Origin: Vermamoeba vermiformis
Lineage: Eukaryota
DNA length: 23,077 bases
Assembly (NCBI GenBank): GCA_045837725.1
Contig: JBEWZL010000178.1
Location: forward strand, 186,001-209,077
Reading direction: 5' to 3'
The notes under the pieces are model-generated. The model made no database searches, was not told the DNA's origin, and saw only the letters and a list, made by a program, of their open reading frames with translations. Below, in pieces: positions 1 through 10,067 of this stretch; position 1 is the first letter of the stretch, and every line of letters begins with the position of its first letter. Both the position numbers and the translations under genes were made by a program.

Positions 1-1781
1 AACTAGTTCAACTACCAATTCAAGAACACCCGTGGTTCTTTGGCAACGCATCCAGAGAAGAGATTAAAAGCGCTCTTAATAGTAAGTCTTTTTGCAACAC
101 AAATATATTTTATAGGAATTTCTAATTAGCGTTGAACAGTTTCATCAACAAACAAATGTTTTCTGGTTATTTTTACCGGATCGCGTTTGTTTCGTTGCCA
201 AACTTATCGAAGAACGTTAATTCATAATGAAAACAGCATTAACGGACTAAATCAGTTCGGAGTGTCGAACAAAGGCGTTGTTAAAGACTTTGAACTTTAT
301 CAATTTTATTGCAGCCTCGTGGCGCAAGATCTTCAAAGCATGAAACAGCTTCAAACTACTCATAGTAAGTAAATTACTTATATACCATATTAAATATTTA
401 ACTTTTTGCCTTAATATATATCCGAGATACTTTAATAAAAAGTCGTTCTGATCCGGTTGATATTTTTTTCAGAATTCAATTGGGCCACTATAGCCAGACG
501 TGAACATCCGAAACCTTCATATGTTTCAAAACTAATTGGCCATCAACCGCATCCATTAGTTGAGTACTTGAACGTTGTTGATGACATTCGTCAAGACATC
601 GTTGAATGGCTCTTTCAACTTTGTCCGCTCAAAGGGTAAGTACAATTAAATACTATACTAACTTAATCGTATCGTTTTATCTAAATCATATGAATTTATT
701 TTACTTCGGTACAAAATTTTTGTTAGATCCGATAGTGCCGAAGTCAATTTTTTGGTTATATAAACGTGTGCTTTTTAAAATAATTTATTCGTACTCTATA
801 TATATTAAATATTCTTTTAACACTTAATTTCACAGAATCAGCTTTGACTGGCAGAGGAACGAAATTTCCGATCAGCAGTTGAGAATTATCCAAAGAATTA
901 TTGAAGATGGCGGCTATATTTCAGCAAACTTGTTGATTCAATATGTTACTAAAGTGGTGCCAACAAAAAGAAGCGAGTTGACCATGTTGGCAAGTGCATG
1001 GGACGATGTCGACCGTAACAAAGTGTGGCCGTTCGTGCTTGAAAAGTACCAAGATTTATACAAACAACGACGAGTAACTTCAGAGACAAATATGGCAATA
1101 TTATTGGCTTGGAAATATGCGGACGGCGAGTCAGTCGGATTTCGAAGTCTGCCGAAAGAGTTGATCCGATTGATCGTTGATTTTATTGACGAACCTCCGC
1201 TGACTGTTCGAATCTTTGCAGAAATTCTTGCTGTTCGGTGCGCGAAATTCAGCATTCATTTCAAACTTAATTGGAAAACTTGGCTAGAAAAAAATCTTTG
1301 GGGAATTGAATTCTTTGCTAAAACACGTGACGGTGGCTTTACCCATGGAATTATTGGATCTGTCGCTAGAGCAGCTATAAATATGAAATACCACGTATTT
1401 AGGCGTTACAAGAATACTATCTTGGATCTGGCAGTACGATCGAATTCATACAGCCAAAAATTCCTGGAATTTATCATCAAGTACGAGACACAAGTTCCAA
1501 ATTTAGAAAAAATGTGGTCAGTCGTATTAACGAACGATTACATGATGTTTTCTAGCGCGGCCATTTTGCGCAAGCGGAAAGAGAAAATTGTTTCGACTGC
1601 AGCATTCAGAGCAAAAAATGTAACTTCCTTGAAATTTCTTCTCTCAAAAGCAGCGCTATGGATACCAACAAAAGAACAATTTGACCAATTTATCAAACCA
1701 AAGCATAATGTAACGTACCAAGAAGCTATGAACCTAATCGAAGAGATCAAGAACTCCAAAACGATTGATTCGCGAAAATAA
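1..1781 (+). CDS. Uncharacterised protein, paralog A (5'-truncated by window); degenerate SH2-like segment and internal F-box-like motif
   Basis: Exons <1..81, 140..364, 473..635, 836..1781 joined by GT-AG introns in consistent phase. Translation includes QLPIQEHPWFFGNASREEIKSALN and LLAWKYADGESVGFRSLPKELIRLIVDFIDEPP. Colinear with paralog B, with introns at equivalent positions and phases. AATAAA at about 1809. Confidence 0.8.
550..632 (+). repeat. Near-identical coding block 1, copy in paralog A (partner 3553..3635)
   Basis: 5 mismatches in 83 nt by manual alignment; encodes HPLVEYLNxVDDIRQDxVEWLFQLCPL. Confidence 0.9.
1079..1204 (+). repeat. Near-identical coding block 2, copy in paralog A (partner 4092..4217)
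   Basis: 6 mismatches in 126 nt by manual alignment; encodes SETNMAILLAWK..LPKELIRLIVDFIDEPPLT. Confidence 0.9.
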
Positions 1782-2067
1782 ATGTCATTAATTGCCATTA
1801 ATCTACAAAATAAATGCTATCGCTCGATTTCTTTCAACACGAAAAAATTTACTTAGCCTGTAGTCACGTGATCGTTAGTCTTTATCAGTATCATTATTGG
1901 TTCTTGCGCTCTACCTTCGTTGATTATTAGCGTCTCCAGTTCATTGTACCGCATTTAAAAAATATTGAAGAAGTAAATGGTGAACTATTTGAACGTACTG
2001 AGGGCCGTAAAAAGTCTTCAACCAGAATTTTCTTATCTTTTCTGTTATACATAACCATACGACGGCA

Positions 2068-4764
2068 ATGGACGAACAAAACTTGAAATCTGTTATATCG
2101 ATAGTCGTATCACGATTGAAGCGCTCAGAAGATAGCCTCGAAGTATTCAAAGCAGTATTGAATTTATCAATCGCTTCAAAATCATTTAAAAATTATTTGA
2201 ACGATAAATTATTGGTAGAACTAAGCTATAGATACGTTAAAGGTGAGTTTTGTAATTTTCGAATATTCTTCAATATTAATTAACCGAAAATTATTCTTCA
2301 GATCGAACGCAATTCGTTAAAAACAGATTGAAGTACTATATTCGTAGTAATAATTTTGATAAATTTGCCATACGTAAGTAATTAATAGTATCTAAAATAA
2401 TTGTATTAACGCGATAGTCTTTAGTGGCAGATCTCGTTGTCGCGCATTATTCAAAGCTTGAAGGCGTTCAAACACTTAATAACTTGCTCGAATATGTTAC
2501 AAAACACGCAACATGTGAATTTTTGAAGTCATATTTGGCGTATTTTTTGGATCGTGGCTTACACGTTGGATGCATCCAAAATTTTTTCAAGCTAAATCAA
2601 GAAGGAAATAATATTTACCCCGATTTTAGACCAACAAAATTCATTGACGCAATGAATATAACTCATACAAATAGATGGACTGACAAATTACGGTCTTTGG
2701 CCGAACGATTTGTGCGGTACCTGGATCTAAAGGAAGATACCGTACAAGAATTTTTGGATGTAATAAGCAATAGCCATATATATTATAAGAGGCTTGAATT
2801 TTCGGGAATTCGCCGTATTTTAATGTGGCACTACAAAAATAGACCCTACTACACTGACGAACGAGAACTTCTTTCGATACCCCAAGATCCTGGTACAAAA
2901 ATTCATGCAATATATTTTCTTAGAATTAATGCAATAAATTTTATTATTAGTGTATTGCTATAAACCTCAAGGCACTACTACAGTCACAAAAGAATTGCTG
3001 CAATTACCGTTTGAAAAACAGCCGTGGTTCTTTGGCAACTTGACGCAGCTCGAAATTAAGCAAATATTTGAAAGTAAGGTGCTCTTTTGTATAAATTAAA
3101 AATTAAAATACGTATTTTAATTTTTAATTTAATTAGGATTTAAAAACAACAAAGATGTTTTTATTACGACATTTTTTGGCGCGCAGCTGCTCTGCATGCA
3201 AAGGGTGAACAAAAAATGGCCTATATATGGAAAGCGAAAAAAAGGATTCCCCACATTTGCGATATTAAATAATTCTGGCATTGCGAAAGATTGGGATCTG
3301 CATCAATTTTATCTTCGCTTGATTGAAAATGATCTCGAAGGCATGAAAAAATTACAAAGTATTCATGGTAGGTATATGTATTTGATATTACGAACAAATT
3401 TCAAATCTTTAGCTCGAAGATCAGATCCGGATCTGAAAATCAAGTTGGATCTGACAGTTAATATTACATTGATAGGTTTTGACTGGAGTACTCTATCGTT
3501 GCGTCAAACTGAGCACTGTGAAAACAATACGTCTATCGCTGGCACTCAACCTCATCCGTTAGTTGAGTACTTGAACGCTGTTGATGATATTCGTCAAGAC
3601 GTCGTTGAATGGCTCTTTCAACTCTGTCCGCTCAATAAGTAAGTACTAATATGCCCTATATTATCACAATTGACCTAAATTATCAATATTATGCTTAATA
3701 CGCAATATTTTTGATTTGCATTAGGCAACGGATTTGTACCGAAAAATTCACTGAGTTTATGTTTCGATCAACGAGATGTGCAAAAATATCCTTATATGGT
3801 ATATCGTTTACTCTTAATAATTATTGTTTTGTACAGTATTTGCGTTAGATGGGACAAAAATGATTTTCCAGCACACCACCGGACAATTTTTCAACGAATT
3901 GTCAAGCACGGAGGAAGCTTTGATGCAGAAAATTGGTTAAAATATGTGAAAGCTATAATGCCTAAACATATCGTGGATTCACATTTGAAACACTGCACGA
4001 ATTTCGAGTATGATGTTAAGTACAAAAATCTGGTTGACTGGGAAAAGATATTTGACGAGTACCGTAGTCATATGAAACAGCAACGAATAATTTCAGAGAC
4101 AAATATGGCAATTTTATTGGCTTGGAAACATGCGGACGGAGAGTCGATCGGATTTCGAAATCTGCCGAAAGAGTTGATCCGATTGATCGTTGATTTTATT
4201 GACGAACCTCCGCTGACCCGAGTCTTTGCAAAAATTTTGGTCGGTAGATTTAAATATCTTGAATTATTTACTGTAGGGAATTATCGAATCCGAGACTGGA
4301 TCAAAAAATATAGTTGGGCCATTGAATTTTTAGCGAAAGACAAAGGTTTTCGTCCCTCATTATACGAAATTGATGTAGAGAGTAGTATGGACTATTCTAA
4401 ATTTATGAAAATGAAACATTGGCTCTTGGAGATCGCGATCCGAAACAAAAAAATCAAAGGTCAATTTCGGTCCTTATTTTTCAAACACGAGGAAGATATT
4501 CCAAATTTGGAAAAATATTGGGCATTCGTTAAGCAAAAGCACGTGGATAAAAATCTCGATGAATCGGAAATTCAGCAGAAATACGCATCCATCTCATTAT
4601 TGGTGTTGCAAGCCAAAAATAGAACGTTTTTAAATTTTCTGATGAACAAATCGGCGTTTAGAATGCCAAAAAAGGAAGAATTTACCGACGATAGCTCCTA
4701 CGAAGCTGCGCTGATCTTCATCGCAGATGTTGAGAAAGAACGAAACCAAAACTTGAAAAAATAA
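2068..4764 (+). CDS. Uncharacterised protein, paralog B; N-terminal F-box-like helix, degenerate SH2-like segment, internal F-box-like motif
   Basis: Exons 2068..2242, 2302..2373, 2425..2892, 2951..3073, 3137..3367, 3476..3638, 3837..4764, all GT-AG and in frame. Motifs VLNLSIASKSFKNYLND, LPFEKQPWFFGNLTQLEIKQIF, LPKELIRLIVDFID. Clear homology to paralog A. Confidence 0.82.
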
Positions 4765-4930
4765 CCTTGTATATTAAATAAAATAAATGTAAATATGATA
4801 AACTGCTCAAATTAACCTTTACTTACGGACAGAAAGACTACTGAAATTTCCGGATGCGTTTTCGGCTGAATTAGCGCAAAATCAATTTGATTTTTTTCGT
4901 TTATTCATGTTACACAACCACAACTAACCA

Positions 4931-6479
4931 ATGGCTTCGCAAAATTTGTTCGATTTGATATTATCTGACGCACCCGTAGACCCACAGCCGACCGGTAATA
5001 GCTCCACCTCGTGATCTTTCGAACAAAATATTTTAAATTAATTTTAATTAAGCAAATAATAATATTATAGTAATAACCTATATATGAGGCATAAAGATCA
5101 ATGCATAGAAAAATGACTATCATTTTTATTGAATTTTACCTAAAAATTACCGTTGTTACATTGATCCGTACTGCTACAATAATCGCATAAATATTATTAT
5201 GCTATTCATATTTAATTATTAACAATTGGCTTTATAAATAAATAACGGCTATTTTTTTAGCACAATATCAAGTCACAACTTCCATCGTATCAACACCACG
5301 TGCTTCAGACGATAATATTTTGCCCGCGCCTAGCGTTAATAATGCAGAACATAATAATAATGAAAATAAATCTTCATGGGATCTGTCCGCGTTTGAAGGT
5401 AAGATCAACATCCGAAAACAATTATTTTTGTATGGAACTAATAAGACTATTTATATTATAGTGCCTCAACCTTCGGTATCTATAATAAGTTCATCGGAAA
5501 AACAACAAGCTCCTGATGATTTGAGCGATTTTTTCGGAACTCCCGTACCTGCATCTACACCGCAACAAAGAGACTCGCCAAATCCTCAACATAGTACGAC
5601 TATAATTATATTATTATTAATCTTATAATATTAATTTAATTTAATTAAGGCCCGCAAAAGAAGCCCCACGTGAACGATCATTTTTTCAGTGAAAACTTTG
5701 AGCAAGGCCCTAAGGAAATTTCACAGCCGCAAAAAGAGGTTCATGAACCACAAAGTGTTAAAGAGAGCCCGCCAATAGCGAAACAAAATAATAACCAACC
5801 GCCGATAAGTCCGAATGCGGATCCGCATGTTGGCGCCAAAGAGGCGAAGAAAGAAGATACCAAAACACCTGTTAATAAGCCAGTTAATATTGACAACGAG
5901 TTCCTAAACAAATTTGTAAAAGAATTAGATGAACAGTACGCGAACAATATGAAGAAAATATTGGCCATTATGAAGGATAACGCGGCTCATACAAAAGAAA
6001 CTGTCATCGTAAGTATTTAATTTTATCAATTTTAAATACTATAGTTCTATTATTACTAACATTATGAATACTATTGATGCTATAATATTAATTATTTTTT
6101 ATTAGGACAAATGTCACGGATTAGCGGATGCGAATCAACAACTTGAACGACGTCTGAAAGAATTAGAAGTACGAACACGATTAATTTTTATCAATTTTAT
6201 TATCATCCGTACTAATATAGTGGCACTATAATTAGGAACAGAACAAACAGTTAGTGACGGCAGTTAAAAATTTGCAATCGCAGAACAAAACGTTGGTGTC
6301 AAGATTGAGTAAATACGAGGTAATTACTAACGATTGATATTCGTTTTAAACGGCCCAGATCAACTCGTAATGCTATAATACCTATAATAATACTCACTCG
6401 AATTGATCAGGACGTTTCACAACTGGACACACAGACAAGCTTTGGTGCAAAAATAATTGGATTTTTTACTGGAAAGTGA
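4931..6479 (+). CDS. Hypothetical protein: P/S/N/Q-rich disordered N-terminus and C-terminal coiled coil
   Basis: Exons 4931..4994, 5261..5398, 5462..5593, 5650..6008, 6106..6168, 6236..6319, 6411..6479 splice in frame from MASQNLFDLILSD to SFGAKIIGFFTGK-stop. Heptad-like segment LADANQQLERRLKELEEQNKQLVTAVKNLQSQNKTLVSRLSKYE. Confidence 0.75.
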
Positions 6480-6649
6480 GATCTAATGTACGAATATCAA
6501 AGCAGAGTGGGCCAATCATTGACACGTGTCAGTCTCACCGCAACATGTTAGATAGACATAAATGTTTGAATGAAACATAAACAGCTTGATACTTTATCTA
6601 TCATGCAAGTGAGCCTGGTTCAGTGGTGTTTGAAATCAATTTCTTAGTT

Positions 6650-6838
6650 ATGAACACGTACTTGAAACAATGTTTTTGTCCAAAATTGAACTTGCTAATC
6701 ATTTTTTCAGTGCTGGATGTCAAATCGATAGTGTCTTGCCGCCTGATTGCTATCATCGTAAAAATTAATATTCGTATTGCCTCGTTGCATGCAAACGTAC
6801 CCGAACTGGATCCAATTAATCGAAAAACAAAACATTAG
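6650..6838 (+). pseudogene. Possible F-box gene relic or short F-box-like ORF
   Basis: Translation PKLNLLIIFSVLDVKSIVSCRLI resembles the F-box consensus LPxEILxxIFSxLDxxSLxxCxxV; no convincing downstream exon found. Confidence 0.3.
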
Positions 6839-7192
6839 CGGGAACATAAGATAATCCGCAGCGCATAAAATGGATATTAAGTGTCTACCAGTGAACACAT
6901 TTTTTTCGAGGAGATCATAATAATTGTTGTAATTATTTTTGAGTGATACTCGGGCAATACCTTGCAAAGCATGAAAACGCAACGACCATGAACAAATGAA
7001 AACACTGATGATCTACAATGAGAGCTTGAATTCGGACAAATCGGTTTAACTGAGCAGGTATATTTTTATCAATTGATCAATTGACGCGCCTAAAATCACA
7101 CTGGAAAATTGCAAAACGAGTTTAGTAAACATCCGTGTGTAAATTTAGGAACATGAGTGATTGTGAGGTAACTTTAGGATATTTGTGAGAGA

Positions 7193-7210
7193 TTCTCGAA
7201 TATTCTAGAA
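7193..7210. promoter_or_regulatory. Heat-shock element (four alternating nGAAn units)
   Basis: TTCtcGAAtaTTCtaGAA ending about 92 nt upstream of the LRR gene ATG at 7303. Confidence 0.55.
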
Positions 7211-7302
7211 TATACTTCCTGGCAATACAAATTAGCTCCAAGATCTCTTTCGTACTGAACAACCGAGAAGTATCTACCGGTCATTTATTTACTATTTGTA
7301 AA

Positions 7303-8213
7303 ATGATCGTCTTACTTATATTGCTGTGCGTAGTATCGGCACCGGTAGTTTCTTCAAACCAACATAAACGATTTGATCAACAGCGTGAAATCTTGGTTGA
7401 ATTATTCAAGTCCACTAATGGAACCGGTTGGAGAAATAGTAATGGATGGCCGGATGCTTCAAACGTATGTCAATGGTATGGCGTTACTTGCAATTCTAGT
7501 AGCCAGGTAATTACCTTGTGCACCTCTATATCGTTTTTCTTAGCATTGTATTTTAGGTCATTTTGCTAAAACTTGGCAACAATCAGTTATCGGGAACGAT
7601 TCCATCTTCATTAGGACAGCTAGGTGGTATTCGATGGTTGGATCTTGGTGGCAATCAATTATCGGGAACGATTCCGTCTTCAATAGGACAAATACGTAGT
7701 CTTCAATGGTTGGATTTTAACACCAACTGGTTATCAGGAACAATTCCTTCTTCGATAGAACAGCTCAACAAACTTCAATCGTTGGATTTTGACAACAATC
7801 GATTATCGGGAACAATTCCATCTTCATTAGGAAAGCTACTTGATCTTCAACGGTTGCATCTTGACAACAATAGATTATCGGGAACAATTCCATCATCAAT
7901 AGACCAGCTCAACAAACTTCAACGGTTGGATCTTGGCAACAATCGATTATCGGGAACGATTCCGTCGTCCATTGGGCAACTCAAGAATCTTCAATGGCTA
8001 TACTTGAACAACAATCAGTTATCGGGAGAGCTTCCGTCACTGGCACAACTCGAGAATCTTCAGCGGTTGTATTGCAACAATAATCAACTCCAATACATTA
8101 GTCCGAAGATGAATTTTCCGGCAAGCATACGTAATTGCAATTTGTCGTTAAATGACTTCCAATGCCCCATTCCAAATTGGGCAACTACGAGTTGTTTTGC
8201 AACTTGCCATTAA
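7303..8213 (+). CDS. Secreted leucine-rich-repeat protein (plant-type LRRs with Cys-containing N-cap; PGIP/RLP-ectodomain-like), about 286 aa
   Basis: Signal-peptide-like MIVLLILLCVVSAPVVS; N-cap LVELFKSTNGTGWRNSNGW...CQWYGVTC; intron 7507..7556; about 8 LxxLxLxxNxLSGTIPSS repeats; Cys-rich C-cap CNLSLNDFQCPIPNWATTSCFATCH; no transmembrane segment. Confidence 0.92.
7581..8085 (+). repeat. 72-nt tandem coding repeat (LRR units)
   Basis: The core TTATC(G/A)GGAAC(G/A)ATTCC recurs at 72-nt spacing (units starting 7581, 7653, 7725, 7797, 7869, 7941; the 8013 unit is more diverged). Confidence 0.9.
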
Positions 8214-8384
8214 GCAGATATTATTCTGTTATCGTTAATAAAATTCAAACTTGCCCTTGTATTGAGACTCAAGCGATAAGTAATTTACAATAACAAATTT
8301 GCATTCAACCGAGTAATTTTGCAGTGCAAAAATGTTTTTGATCTGCACGGAACGAACACCAAGTCTATTAATAAAGCACATTAT

Positions 8385-9944
8385 TTACAACCATCCATGA
8401 GTCTGAGCCATGCGCTGGAACGCGTCTTTGGCCTCAGCCTCAGTATAATCTCGTTTGTTCATGAAATCCAATCGCGCGCCACCCTCGCACAACTGCGCTC
8501 TAATCGTCACTATTACAGACTCCATAGTAATAGCTACGACATGTTATTAGTATGATATGATAGACACCGTGGGCTACTTCAAAACTTACCAGGGCTCCAT
8601 CCTTTGTTCGTTAATAGCTCCGTGCAAATGGATCCGCCAATCGTCACATGACCAGTTCTATATACAAATCGAGGTCTAATCACTCGAATAAACGGCGGTG
8701 CAAAGGGAAATGACGAGGGGAACGTGATGTGCAACGTAATATGTTCCTAGTAACACTAGTATTGGTATCATGGAAAAGTAATATTTGCAGATCTGCTGAG
8801 CAGATCTAGATCCAGCAGACCATTCGAGCACGATACTTACAATATTCATTTTTTTCATGTCCTTGGATAAAGGCTCGGACTTATCAAAGTCGAAAAACCG
8901 CAGTTCCCAGTGATAAATATTGTCGTCAACTGGCTCGACTGAATAACCCTTCAAACGATCATTAATAAAGGTCCAACCTCCATATATATATCGTATGTAT
9001 ATAGTACCTGTTTCTCGGGCTCTCCTTTCAATAAGTGCGTTAACTCCGCGTACAATCGTTCGGTCGCCTTTCCAGTGCTGTTCTTTGGCACCAATCCGCC
9101 GCCGTGAGAAGTCTTTGGTTTCTTCGGCATAAACTCCTATGCGATTGTTAGTCTCGTCTATATTAATAATAAGCTATATTTAGACTAGCCTTAGTGTCTC
9201 TAACTGATAATTCTTTGCCGCAACCATTGACCGGACACGCAATTTTGATGTCCGTAGCTACTTTGTCTTCAATATAATTACGAATACAAGGCTTGCAGAA
9301 CCTTAAGTATAGTATAATATATTAGGGCTTGTCGGCCTCATATTAAATATGACTTACTTATGCGAACACTCGTCTAAGATATAAATAGAATCAACGCTAA
9401 AGGTCTTGTTGCACTTTTGACACAAAATTTGTCCCGGTGACGACGAGGAAATTTGATTTTCTTCTTCAGCAGCGAGCATTCGTGCATATTCTTCATCTGT
9501 CATTTCATCAGCTGATCGTTTTTTGCCTATTATACTGTTCGATTTTTCTTCTGTTTTAACCTACCGTAACCGAAGAAGTCAGCCGTATTTTCGCCAAGGT
9601 CTTTGTACTATGAACAATTTAGAATTAAATGCAAAAATAATTTTTAAATAAATGTAAATTATAATAAACAGCAAAGGTATGGCGTAAACTCGAACAAGAA
9701 TTATTACTGAATTTTATTCGAAGAATAATATTTGTTATTATTGAACGAGTGCCTAATCCAGTATGTATTCGAGCAAATATTATTAAAAAATAATATTTAC
9801 CTCATTTGAACCTGAACCTTCAGATTCGTCGTCAAAAAGTGCTGCATCCAAATGTCCATCGCCGTCCAAGCATTTATTAACGTGTGCTTCTAATTTGGAC
9901 TCTAAAAACGTGCGACTACACACTGGACAAACAGCTGCGCTCAT
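8385..9944 (-). CDS. UBE2Q-family ubiquitin-conjugating enzyme fused to N-terminal UBZ zinc finger, MIU-like motif and RING finger
   Basis: Exons 9944..9801, 9607..9565, 9526..9358, 9301..9190, 9136..9008, 8948..8841, 8746..8590, 8533..8385. UBZ-like CPVCSRTFLESKLEAHVNKCLD; DEEYARMLAAEEE; RING CQKC..ECSHKFCKPC..CPVNGC; UBC FPSSFPFAPPFIRVIRPRF..GHVTIGGSICTELLTNKGWSP ending AFQRMAQTHGWL. Confidence 0.88.
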
Positions 9945-10067
9945 TATTGCAGTTGTGGTGATTAATTTGCGGGAACAAAAAAAAAAGGTGGATCTGAGTT
10001 CGTTTTTGCTTTGGACAGATTGGATCGATTAAGACTTGCTAATTACACTTTATATATGTAAGCTATA

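Noticed and set aside
938-1798. Minus-strand ORFs 938..1255 and 1538..1798, and similar shadow ORFs at 2641, 5741, 10212, 11279, 11878, 13394, 13948, 16751 and 21147
   Set aside because: Antisense shadows of well-supported coding exons with no recognisable protein features.
3725-3798. Possible extra exon inside paralog B intron 3639..3836
   Set aside because: Including it breaks the frame; direct splicing matches paralog A in phase and alignment.
6520-6531. Palindrome TGACACGTGTCA (E-box core; another CACGTG near 1865)
   Set aside because: Short, and this copy lies just 3' of a gene; it could be chance.
7581-8085. Regularly spaced repeats resembling a CRISPR array
   Set aside because: The 72-nt period is in-frame LRR coding sequence; the context is eukaryotic with no cas genes.
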